A DNA stretch of 64,000 bases. It comes from Vicugna vicugna (Eukaryota). A model generated the notes under the pieces. The model saw nothing but the letters and a program-made list of their open reading frames with translations, had not been told where the DNA came from and did no database searches. The DNA lies in NCBI GenBank assembly GCA_013265495.1, contig MU058423.1, positions 7,450,721 to 7,514,720 on the forward strand, in the 5' to 3' direction. Positions 38,291 to 50,290 of this stretch are shown here, one piece after another; positions within the stretch are counted from its first letter, which is position 1, and each line of letters starts with the position of its first letter. The translations under genes were made by a program, and so were the position numbers.

Positions 38291-40020
38291 CTTCAAAGGA
38301 TTTTGCAAAAGAATATGATCCGAAATCTTTTTTTCTTTTAAGTATCCATTAAATCTAAAACTACAACTAAAGTGAGAGGCAATCAATTAAAATTTAATTT
38401 ATCTTGTTTTCTAGCAAACTAATCACAAAACCATAACTGGCTTATTAAACCCATTACCACTTGATTAGAAATTAACATTGGGGATTAAGGGAGACCTCAG
38501 GATGTGAGCAGCATGTTCAAACAGCAACAAGATTTGAACTTCTTTTTTTCTTTCTTATTATCCTGGCTTCATAATGCCTGACCACATATATAACACTTGT
38601 ATTTCAGTCTTTATGTAAAGAAATATATTTAACTAACACTGGAGAAAGAAATTCATGAGAAAAAAAATTGCAGCTAAAATCATAACTTTTGAGGGTGTCA
38701 AAACCAAGACTTGCTAAAGACTTGTTAAAAAAAATTAACCAAGCTCATGATGTTACCAAATTCGAGTTTACCTAAAGACCTCTTTTATCTTTCCCATTTA
38801 GCAAAAATTTTTTCCATCCCTTTTGTTGAATACATTTAGGCATTTTTAGTGCTGCTTTATTTAACATTCAGTGAATGTTAGAAATCTTTAATACTAGTGT
38901 AAAGCTAATCTTTCCAAATAACTTAAGATAATAATGGGCAAATATGCAAATACACACTAATTTAGTACTTAAAAGTGAATAAGATCCATAAGCTATATTA
39001 GATTAAATAAGCTTTCAAGTATTGATATTCTTCACTTAAGGAGTATGAGGTGAACTAGAGCAATTAGACCCATTTTTAAGTATTATTCAAGGCATGCTTT
39101 TACTCAAGCATTATTTTGCTGTTATGTAAATAAGCAATGCTCAATAATGCATTTTATTATATTATAGAGTTACATTATTTATTTTGAACAACGTATGCTT
39201 TTAACTCTGCATGTATATATGAAAATAATGTCTTATTACAGTGTAATAAGTATAGTATGTTAGTTAAGAATTTGAGTTCTAGCTACTTTTATCCTCAATT
39301 ATGATTTATTTTTCTATTTTTCAGCTAAGATTTCACAGTTCAGATCTATAATCACTCACATGAAAATACCTTGGCCCCATTATCCCTTTGTCTTCCACAC
39401 TCATCTAACAAAATTCCAAATCAAGTTATAAGCGATTATCTGCCTTTTTCATGCCTACACTTAATGCAGCTGATTGAGACTGAAGCAAATCTCTTAACTG
39501 ATGGATGGACCTGTCTTGTGCTTCAAGGTGAAAACAGACAATCAAATATTCCTGCTGGGATGAAAACTAACCTGTCCACTATACTCTAGGTCTAATCCCC
39601 TTTTATTTTCTCTAGGACGCCGGTTAAACATGTATCTCTGCTTTTCTGTGTATCCAATACCGTGTTTCACCTTTTCCATTTAGCAAAATTTTTCTACATC
39701 CCTCTTGTTAAATTCAACAGTCACTTCTAATTTCCCTGTTTTGTTGTCTCTCAAGAACATCTAATTTGTTTATTCAAGCTTTTCTAAGCCTTTTGTTGAC
39801 TTTTTTCAGACCTTTTCTTCCAATATTTCTTTGTCATTGTGCAGTAATATAGCTTGTAAAAAATATGTTCATTGGTTTCCTTTTTTTAAAAAATCCAGCT
39901 TGACAATATTTCCCTTTCACTGACGTGCTTAATCTATTTATATTTAATGTGATTTCTGATATATTAAGTTTAAATTGACCATCTTAAACTTTTTTTTTCT
40001 ATTTCATCTATTCTTTGACT

Positions 40021-40235
40021 TTTTTATATTGAACTATAGTAGATTTATAATGTGTTAGTTTCTGGTATACAGCAACAAAGTTACTCAAGTTTATACACAC
40101 ACACACACACACACACTCATAATAGTTTATTACAGGATATTGACTGTAATTCCTTTTGCTATTATTTTTATATAGTAGTTTTCTTCTGTGCTAATCCCAA
40201 ACTCCTAATTTATACCTCACCACCCTGTTTCCCCA
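40021..40235 (-). mobile_element. Artiodactyl-type L1 3' end with (CA)n tract, inside an older L1
   Basis: tattgaactatagtagatttataatgtgttagtttctggtatacagcaa...ttattacaggatattg...tgctaatcccaaactcctaatttat. Confidence 0.7.
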
Positions 40236-40699
40236 GTTCCTTGACCTTTTATTCTTTCTTTTTTGAATTCTTTGAATTGTTCAATATTTTTATTATTTTA
40301 ATTTCTCTTTTATTATAATTTTATATATATGATTTTTATTTTAGTGATACCTGTAGACTTACTTCAGTCTGTCTCAATTTGACCACTTACTAACCAATGT
40401 TGGAAACTATTATGCGATCTAACTTAAGTAATTCCCCCACCCTTTACATTATTGGTGTCATAAATTATACTGATACATATTAATAAACCTTACATGACAT
40501 TATTAACTTTTAGGTGACTGAAGTCAATATTCGCTCATTTACTTATTATTACTCTATTTCTTATCTCGATTAAGGATTTTCATCCCATAATTGAAAAAAA
40601 TGAAAAAAAAGCATAGTAACACATCTAGTCTGAATCTTAGAATTCAAACCCAATTTTCTGGATACAGAGAAATCTAATAAATCCCTGTTTGAAAATGTT

Positions 40700-41236
40700 C
40701 TTGTTCTTGGAATTTGTTTTAAGCAGGCACAGTGAGATATGCAGAGGTAGAAATCACTCTTGAAGGAAGAAGTTTGTGCTCACAGGTCCCCAGAGGCAGA
40801 AGGCCTGGCTCACCACACCGCGTGCATGAGATTGGTCATAATTCAGGGGAAGCAGCGGAAAACGTGGACCAGAACCTTTACGGTGGTTTCCTTGGAAGGA
40901 ATGGGCAAGTCAGAATTAGCAGGCTAAGCAGCTTTGGGATTGGCTAGTTTAAGTAATTCCAGCAGGCTCTGGAATCTAGGGCCTGCCCTGAGTTTTCTGG
41001 TGCTTGTGCCTGGGTGACTAGGACAGGGAACACTGGCAGGGGGTACAGAACCCTCTGAGAACCTGACAAAGTGGATGGTTAGGGGGTATGGCCTTTGGAC
41101 TGTTTGGTTTGCATAAAAAGGCACACTTAGGGGAGTAATTTGCTAGCTCTGGAAGGGGCAGTTTCTCCTGGGTCTGTAAGACTCCAAGAAGTCAAAGATA
41201 AAATACAGAAAACAAACCAAAAAAACCCCCAATACA
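40700..41236 (-). mobile_element. ERVL-class LTR (MER76/MER54-group-like)
   Basis: ttccttggaaggaatgggcaag...gcaggctaagcagctttgggattggctagtttaagtaattccagcaggctct...aagtcaaagataaaatacagaaaa...aataca. Confidence 0.6.
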
Positions 41237-42350
41237 TTGTCTTTCGGCAGGTCTCAAAATGAGATACAGATGAGAGAGGTTCTTGTACACAAGAAAAGCC
41301 TCCCACTGCTCCGTTGGTTGAAAGGCCCAGCCATTCCCTCTGCCTTCCTTGCAGAATCCTTCCTTGCTCTGGTTGTCACCAAATACGGCATCGTTCTGTA
41401 TTTCCCCGTGTCCTGGCAGAAACTGTATCCCTAGGTGTGGAGGAAGTTGCCTCCAGCACATGAAGAGGTCCACTAGGCAGTGTCCTTCCTTCCTCACAGT
41501 AGGGAGTGTTAAGAAGCAGTAATTCGTCTTTTACTTTGGACTGGGATTTACTGGCACACTCCTGACAACTGAGCCTCGGAAAACATTACTGAAGCGGGAA
41601 GTCTTTGCGTCTCGTGGGTGTTATCGCCCGCCCCCTGGTATGCACGTTGCTTAACCACGACCTCCCGCATACTAGGCGTCCTGCTTGCCCTCCTGGGCCA
41701 CCATAGCTTTTCATTAATATGACGGATTAATGTGGTGTTCTGCAGAATGACTAGATGGTTCAGATCTCTGTGTACACTATTTTGGTAGAAGGTGGGAGAC
41801 AGTGGGCACGCAAGAGGAGGGTGGTACTCAGCAGGCTTTGTTAATTGACTCTAGCAATGATCCGGTATCTGCCAGGGCAGAAATTAAAGCCACTATTTAT
41901 TTGACCTAGTCTATAGTCATTCTCTAAGATCTATTCAGTTCCTATGGGGACAAAACTAGTGACTTAAATAAAATGGATATATAAGAATGATAGGGGTTAT
42001 CCCCTTGCATCCTTAGATCTCTAAGGGGAGACTGATCTCTGCAGCTCCCCTGGAATAAAACACTATTCTGGATTTACCATCCTGGCCAGGCGTGGAGGGT
42101 TGGTAGTTTCAGATGCTTAAATGTGAGGAGGTAGATAAAACTATAAGCCAAGGACACTATGTAGGGGGACTCCAACAGCAAATTATGTCTCTCAGACAAC
42201 CAGGGGTCTCTCCTACTGTCAATAAAGTTTAAGTGCACAGAACTAGGGTAGAGAACAAACTGAGTCTATTAAAAATGGCTCCGGTGACTTCAGGGAAAGA
42301 GGTTAAGACCCTTGCCTGGTTCCCACCCCATCAACCCAAACATCCTGTCC
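41237..42350 (-). mobile_element. Degenerate ERV internal segment (gag-like)
   Basis: Locally GC/CpG-richer. The minus strand near 41500 reads Y-C-(frameshift)-R-K-E-G-H-C-L-V-D, resembling a decayed CCHC zinc knuckle. Adjacent to the LTR. Confidence 0.45.
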
Positions 42351-42890
42351 TCATGCTTCTGCATAAAGAATAATTTTAAAAAAAGCACTGCCTAACAGTA
42401 TTAAATCACATGTCTTTCCTGGTCTTTTTTTCATCTAGCATTAAAGCAAGAGGCTCAATTACCTCTCTCATCTGGAAAAGGTGTACTATCTTTTTTTTTT
42501 TGTTCGTTTTCTCAGTTGGGTGCTCAAGTCAAATATCCAAATATCTTTCGGCTCTGTGCTTAGTTAAATTTCCCTTGATGCTGTCAAATGTATATTATGA
42601 ATATTTTTCCTCAAACCACAGAGTTAAGACCTTGATTAGTATTGTGAAGGTTTACATAGAGCAGTGTGTATTACTTCCATTGGTTTAAACAGAATTAGAT
42701 CTATCTGCTAAGAGTAACGAGGTATAATGCATGGTACAAACGGTTGTATTAATCATGTACTGGGGTTTATATATATTTGATTCAATTAAATGCAGTATAA
42801 GATCTTGTAACGGTTAAGATTTTTTTTTGTTTTTTTTCCCCAAAGATATTTAAGGCAAATTTAAATGACTTAAAGCAAGAAAAAACTTAC

Positions 42891-42944
42891 TGACATTCAA
42901 TAGTGAAAGCACAGATGTAAGATCATCATTAGACACAACTTTCC
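42891..42944 (-). other. Candidate 54-nt exon (phase 1, open: KVVSNDDLTSVLSLLNV)
   Basis: ttatatcgtttaaactaccag|GGAAAG...TGAATGTCA|gtaagt. Confidence 0.15.
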
Positions 42945-43389
42945 CTGGTAGTTTAAACGATATAACAAGGGCTGAGCGTCTCTCCATCTTCTGCCTGTGC
43001 TTTCCCCAGGGTCGGCTTACTCTTCAAAATACATATGGTATCTTCTTGTGCCCCCAGCACATATACATACCACACCCAAACTACATGGTGACTTCCAAAT
43101 GTTCCCTCATTGTCTAAAAATTGTTGCAGCCCTCAAATCTTCACAGCACGATACTGCGAGTAAGAGACTCATGCTTTTTCACAGAAATTGGAACAGATGT
43201 CACCTGGCTTGTCTTTGAATTTGAATAGCTTGCTTCCCCTTCCTGGAACAGTTTGTTACGGCTGGGGAAATGGGATGCACTGAATCGACTGAGGCAGGAA
43301 AGGACTATTAGAACTAACGTTGCGGTAAATCCCACACAAAATTTAACATATTTATCAATTTATTTTATTACTCTTTTGAAAATACTCTA

Positions 43390-44705
43390 ATCAAGGTTAC
43401 CAAGTACTGCTACATAGCCAAGTTATAGTGAATTTATAGTCCTCGTCTTATTTGAATATTCAGCCTAATTTTCAGATTTTATTACGCCTTTATTGTAAAA
43501 TACTTGTTTATGAATTTTCAAGACAAAACACTCTCCTAGTTTCCTTCCTATTACATTAGATGCTTCTTCTCATGCTCAGTGAATGTTTCTTTGTTCCTCC
43601 ACAAAAAGAAGGCACGGTCACAGCTTCTGTACGTCTTCCTAACTGTTTGGAGAGCTTTAAGGCTACATCTGTGATCCTCCCTGCATCCCAGTTATGCTTC
43701 TTCTATAGGTGGCTTCATGTCCTCCCATAGCTTGAAAACTATCTCAGCACTAATGAATCACAGGTGTATGTAACCATCCCTGACCTCACTCTTGAATTGT
43801 AGATTGGTATATCCAACCGATGTTGTGACAGATTCACTTGGGAGATAACTATATTTCAAACACAATATAACAAAATTTTAACTCTGTGTTTTTGACACCT
43901 AAAACCTGCTCTTATTCCTGTATTACTGCTATCAGTAAGTGATACCAACATTCACCAATTTGCTCAAAGGCAGAACCCCACATCTAACTAATTTGCAAGT
44001 CCTGTTGACTATACAATCAAAATACACACCAAATCCACTACAAGTCACTGCTTGTCCAGAACCTACTTTAGTCAAAGTCATCATCTCTATTTGGTAATGT
44101 CAACTGATCACTTCCTGAACAACTTCTGGAGTGTATGCTAAAGCAGCAGCCCAAATAACCATCTTAGAGTGTATGTCGGATTATGTCACTTTTCTGTTCG
44201 AAATTGTCCAGTGGCTTTCCAGTCACATTTAGAATAAATCCCAAATAATTACTATGTGTACAAGTAACTGCATGATCAGTATGCTTTTTTGGTATTATCT
44301 CTTATTTTCTGTGCCTTAATCATACTGACTTTCTTGCCATTTCGAGAAATTTCCCAACTTACTCCCACCATAAGGCTTTGTAGTTGCTGTTTCTTTCTTT
44401 TGGAAAATGTGTGCACCCCACAGACACCTATATGATTTACTCCTTTACGACATTCACCTTCTACACCACCTCAGGAAAGACTTCCTTTAGAGCTCTAAAT
44501 AATATATTGTTTTATTATTCTTTATCACATCTATCATGGCCTGTCATTATAGAGATACTGTTCCTTTGTTTATAAACCCATTGAGTAAAACCCAGGACAT
44601 AAGGGAAGGAACGTTCCTCCTTTTGTGTAATTCTTTATCCTCAGCACTTAGAGATATGTTTGCCAGAAGCACCAAATAAATATTTGTTGATTTGTCAATT
44701 GAATA
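43390..44705 (+). mobile_element. L2 LINE 3' region
   Basis: ccctgacctcactcttgaattgtagattggtatatccaac; attatgtcacttttctgttcgaaattgtccagtggcttt; terminal aataaatatttgttga. Confidence 0.75.
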
Positions 44706-45789
44706 TATGGTATTTATTACTATATTCCAGGTTAATTTAAATGTTATTTTAATCAATTTTTACAGTAACCTGTAGATAGGCTATCTATCTAGCTCATGTA
44801 TTTGGAATATTGTTGGAGCTTAGATAACTTTCTCCCTGCATCACTGCTGAATAAAGTAGGTGTTTTTATTTTTGCCATGGACAGATACACCACTACAGTC
44901 ATCCGAAAGGAAAGAGGGGAGGTGGTTATACTTTCTGATCTCCATGTAAAAGTATGAGGCACAGAAACCATAAGAAGTTGGTATAATCATATATAGCTAA
45001 TAAAAAATTAAAACTATGATTTAATTATAAATCTCTGTAATGAATGGCTCTGCTTCTTCTCATTCCATGCTTCTTTGTCACTGAACCACCTTTATTACAG
45101 CACATTGTCTCCTTTTAAATGGTCTTTGTAACATCCATCAAAATAAAACATCAGTTTTGAGGAAGTATGCATTTCATGCCCCTACTTCTTAATATTTGGA
45201 AGGAATTTGTGGCGGCTCTCCTGCACGTCCATCACTCCCATTAAGGCAGCTTATCTGGAAGCTGTCAGTTTTGTCTGGCTATTTCAAGAATACCATTACA
45301 ATTATATTCTTTACCAATTTATGAGGAAATAGTAACTCCTTCACTAATATTCTGTTTGTTTTATGCTTGTTTCTGATTTGAAAGCGTTGGGATGTACAAT
45401 ATAAATTGAGGTGTGCTTTATATTAAAGTTCTTCTTAGGCTGACTACTCAAGAATTTCATTAGTGGAAAAATAAAGTTGTAAATTTTCTTAATTAGAATA
45501 TCTGGGGATATGAATTTTTAACACAACAGGCCTATTTAATAGAAAGTTCTTATGATCTTCATCACAGGTCACACAGAGTCCAATCAGGTAAACTGTATAG
45601 CTACACAGTGATTTTATTGTGAATATGCTTGTGTGAGAGACAAAGGTGAGCGTGGAGGGTAACTGACGAAGAGAGATCAGATTTCCTGTGTAGTGGAAGT
45701 AATTCACTGAAAAGACTAAACAGTCGAATAGTGTAAGTTTACTACAATAAATGTATGTTAATTTAGAGTTCAAAATATTTTATAATTTC

Positions 45790-47485
45790 TTTTACTCAAT
45801 GAAAATTTATGTATGCTGCTAAATTTCCAAATATTTGAGCATTTGTTGGTCATCTTACTTTTTAGATTTCTAACTAAATTCTACTGTGATAAGAGAATAT
45901 ACTCTGTATTATTTCAGTATTTAAGAATTGATTTAGACTGTTTCAAGGTGAAGATTATAGTCTATCTTTATGGATAAACCATGAGCACTTGAAAAGCATG
46001 TGTATTCTGCCACTTTTGAGGCAGTGTTTTGTAAATACCAATTCAGTCAAGGTAGTTCATAGTGTTCTTAAGATCTCTGTCTTTGATGATTTTTCATCCA
46101 CTGTTATCAACTGCTGAAGAAGGTGTTAAAATCTCCAACCATGACTGCAGTATTGTCTTATTTCTTCTTTTTAATTCTGTCAATTATTGCTTTAGAATTT
46201 TGAAGTTCTGTTTTTCTATATCTGTTTTTCAGTCATCCTGTTTCTATTTTTGCTTTGAGTATATTTAGACCTCTATTTTAATTTTTCTGTTGGTTATTAT
46301 AATTTTTGTCCTAGGGATTAAAATTGCTATCTTTAGCTTTTCAGTCAACTTACAGGAAATAAAGTAATACTTTACATAAAATACAGACATCTAGTAAATA
46401 TATAGTCCCATATACTCATTTATCCTTCATGTTATAATTACATGTATTAAATCTCAATATATCACAAACCTCATAAGACAATGTCATGGTTTTAGTTTTA
46501 AACCATTTTATGAATGAACTAAGAGGCCAACAGTGTAATCATTTATCCAAGTACTTAATCCAAATACTATTTCTAGTGCTTTTTAATTTTCTTCAGAGGA
46601 TCTGTTTTTCCATTTGCTGTAATTTCCCTTTAGCCTGAAGAAGTTCCTTTGGAAATCTTTTTAGCATAAGTCTTCTGGCTACAAATTTTCCTACTTTCCT
46701 TTTTCTAAAAATGTTATCTTTCGTCTTTCATCTTGAATTATATTTTTGCTGGAAAAAGAATTCTGAGTTAAGCATTTCTTCTTCTTCTTGTCTGTGAGTG
46801 AGAGCTCATTTTAAAAATGATAGAAACTTTCCTCCAGCTTCCTTAGTACACGATGAGAGGCCAGTCTTTGGTCAAATCCTTATTCTTTGGTGAGTAATGT
46901 GTCATTTTTCTTTTTCTGCTTCCAGGGTTTTTCCTTTATCTTCAATTTGAGTCTGACGTGCCTCAGCACAGGTGTCTTTGTGCTCATTCTGCTTGGTGTT
47001 CATTTATCAGCTCTTATTTGAAATTCCCGTTTTAATCAAATCTGGAATGTTTTGGTCACTATTTCTTTGATTCTCTCTCTCTCTCCTGATAGTGATTATA
47101 GGCATGTTAGATCATTCAATATTATTTAACAGGTTCTCGGGGCTCTGTTCACTGTTTTAAGCACCCATCTCTCTAATTACACAGAATAATTTCTCTTCAT
47201 CTGACTTCAAGTTCATTTACTCTTTCCTCTGTTATGTGCATTGGCTGTTAAGTCTTGAGTGTACACTGAAGAGTGGAATTGCTGGGTTATGCAGTAACTC
47301 TATGTTTAGTATTTTGAGGAATTAACAAACTGTTTTCCAAAGTGGCTACACTGCCTTATATTCCCATTAGCAATGTGTGAAGTTTTGAATTTTTCCTTAT
47401 CTTTACCATCACTTGTTAACGTCTTGATTTTTGCCATCTAAGTAAGTGTGAGATGGCATCACATTGTGGTTTTGATTTGCATTAC
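45790..47485 (-). mobile_element. Old L1 segments (ORF2 endonuclease/ORF1 region, then a 3'-region fragment at 47250-47485)
   Basis: cttgaaaagcatgtgtattctgc; gttaaaatctccaaccatgact; gaagagtggaattgctgggttatg; ttttccaaagtggctacac. Confidence 0.75.
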
Positions 47486-47489
47486 GCAC

Positions 47490-47640
47490 CTGGATCCCAG
47501 AGGTAGGCAGCCTAGATTCAATTTCAGCTCTGCCACTTAAAGAATGTACAACCTTGACCAAGTCATCAGCCTCTCAGGACCTCAGACTCCTCATATGTGA
47601 ATGGAAAAAATAACAACTATATTCTTATAAAGCTGCTGCA
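47490..47640 (+). mobile_element. MIR SINE
   Basis: cctagattcaatttcagctctgccactta...accttgaccaagtca...ctcagactcctcatatgtgaatgg. Confidence 0.65.
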
Positions 47641-49442
47641 GTTATTTTAAGCCACAGTGAATTTTCACAACTGAACATACCCTTGTGACCAGCACCTTGA
47701 TCATGAAACAGAACATTTCCTAGCTCCAGACATTCTCCTTGTGTTCCTTTCCTGTTACTATGTTCCAAAGTAACCATCATCCTTATGTCTAATAGTATAG
47801 ATTAGCTTTGTCTATTTTGTAGCTCAGGTCAATGGAATTATGCAAGATGTACTGTTTTGTATCTGTCATCTTTTCCTTAACATTATGTTCTGAGATTTAT
47901 CTGTTGAATGTAACTGAATATTTCATGAAAAAAAAACTTTAGAAGATGGAGAGTTTGGGAGTAAAGGGTGGGGAGTTCAGAATCAAGAATGTGTCAGTAT
48001 TAGCCTGACATCTTAAGTAGTAGGTATGAGAGTTAAGAATGTAGACACTGAAGATTAGACATGAGGAATTTTTGATAGGTACTATAATGGGATTTTGGAG
48101 GTAAGAACAAGAAAAAAAGGTATTACAAAGTTTTTCTTTCAGAAAAATAAAGCCTAAATTAGATGTCAATAACCTTGTAATTTTGAGTCATTATCAGTTG
48201 CCATCACTGGATCATCCTTCATGGTAAATAGTAATAATTATAAAAGAACTAAAACTACTGGCTGATTTGAAAAATGCTGCTATATTTTCATATGTGTAGT
48301 TCAGTTGTATCTGACCAGGGCATAAATTATATTTAATAGTGCTATTAAAGCTGATCTGCTCAGTCACTGATAAAGATGCCTTGAACAGGGAAATTAATTA
48401 GTATATAAAGAAACTGTCACCATTATTATATGGAGTTTGCTAAAATATCTTCTCTATAGTCCAAATCTCTCTTCCATTCTGTACATGAATAAACATAAAT
48501 ACTAGTGTTAGTCTTTACTGAGAAATTAAAGTGGCTACAACTATAAAGAGCTGAGGCCAGTTTAGGAAAAGACAGAAACACTCATTTAGAATCTTTGCTT
48601 TTATCTGGGATACAGAAAACTGTCCGGTTTTTACAGTGTGTAGAAGAATGGTCTTTTACACAGATGAATTTTCTGGTGTGGTTAGGTGTCAGGAAATATT
48701 AAAAGTAAAGGATAAAATTTTATGATAATATATAAAGTTAATCCAATCGCATTCTTTGCACAGGCATTTATAAAGCACATGTTCTAAGCTCTGAATCTGG
48801 CACTAGAGATACAAAGGTAAAAGGCAGATACTGAGAGCCTGCAATTTCATGGGAATATAAGTAAAGGTAAATGATTACATACCGTCTAAGTGGTGAGATA
48901 GAGGTGTGCATATGAATTGCAGGAGTGGTACCTAATCTTGACTAAGAATAGGTGATCAGTCTTCAAGGAGACTTGTGAGAGGTGGGGAGATCTGGAAGAG
49001 AAGAGACATGAGAGAGGGAGGTCAGAATGTTTCAGTCATACAGGGTCCTATGTTTCAGTATAGCTGCTCCACAAAGCATGAGCAAGGAGTAGTGAGAAAG
49101 AGGCTGAGGGGATCATAGTCATGGACTGGTCATAATCAGGCCATGGGGTGCTCTATGCCATGGCAAGAAATTGGTCTACTTTTTCTGAAGGCATTGAGGA
49201 CCCCTGGAAAGATCTTTAGAGGAAAGTGTTGTAATTAGTGTTGTGAGTAGAAATATCAATCAGTACAGTGTATGGAAAACAGATTGACAGAGAGCCAAGT
49301 TAAAATGAGAAAGAGAAATTTATAGCTTATTTCAGTAGACCACATAAAGTATTAGAAGGCCCAGTCCATTCCAGTGGCAAGAGAGTCAGAACCCAGACAG
49401 GAATAAGGAGGTTAAAGAGGTCATTTCAACTGAACTACATTA

Positions 49443-49901
49443 TGTTGAAAAACAAAAGTTCAACTGAATAAATCTGAAGATCAAGTTGACTCTATTAGGT
49501 GAGCCATAAGCCAGGCAGCGTCCCATCTAACAACTAGAAGGCCCTCTGAGAGGTTGTACAAAACAGAAAGTTCTTACAGGCAGAAGTGTGGGAGAAGGGA
49601 GCTCTTAGCAAAAGAAAAGAAAGGATTACTTTTAAGCCAGGACATCTACTTTTTTGGGGTGAAGGGAATGGGACAGGCAAGGGATTCATCATGCGGACTG
49701 CCTCCTCTTCCTCTGGGGTGGAGAGGGCCCATGCAGCAGACAGCCTCACTGGTGCTGACCGAAAATTCCAGACTGGTTGATTAAGATTACATTCCTGGTG
49801 AAGGCTGAAACTGCAGTTAGGTTGGATATTAAGTTCAGGTTTTATAACATGGGCATTAGCACAAGGATGCCATTTAGGGCCTATAATTTTTCTCCTTCAC
49901 A
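49443..49901. mobile_element. Solo LTR, ERV1 class, 459 nt
   Basis: TG...CA termini (tgttgaaaaac...ctccttcaca) flanked by the 4-nt TSD atta at 49439-49442 and 49902-49905. Confidence 0.75.
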
Positions 49902-50049
49902 ATTACCAGTGAGAATTGAAGTGTAGCATGAAGGGCAAATGAGTCCATGGAAATCTAAGAATTATTGTTTAGAGAACTGGTAACGGTACATTTATAATAA
50001 ATAGGTATATAAATCCAAACGTCCCCTTTCTTTCTTTCCTAAAAGCATT

Positions 50050-50290
50050 ATTAAGAGAGAACATTTGTTGAAAGCTTGCTATGTAAGGCACCATTCTAAG
50101 TGTTACACACAGGCTAAATACTTAATCCTCCCAACAACATTACTAATGAGGAATTGCTTTAATTTAAATTTAGAGAAAGAAAATTGACACAGATAAGTTA
50201 AGTAACTTGTCTAATCATACACAGCAGTGAATGGCAAAGCTTGGATCTAAACTCAGACAGTTCAGACCTTGAGCCATTCTCATCCACAGA
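50050..50290 (-). mobile_element. MIR SINE
   Basis: tgtaaggcaccattctaagtg...ttaatcctcccaacaac...ttaagtaacttgtctaatcatacacagcagtgaatggcaaagcttggatctaaactcag. Confidence 0.7.
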
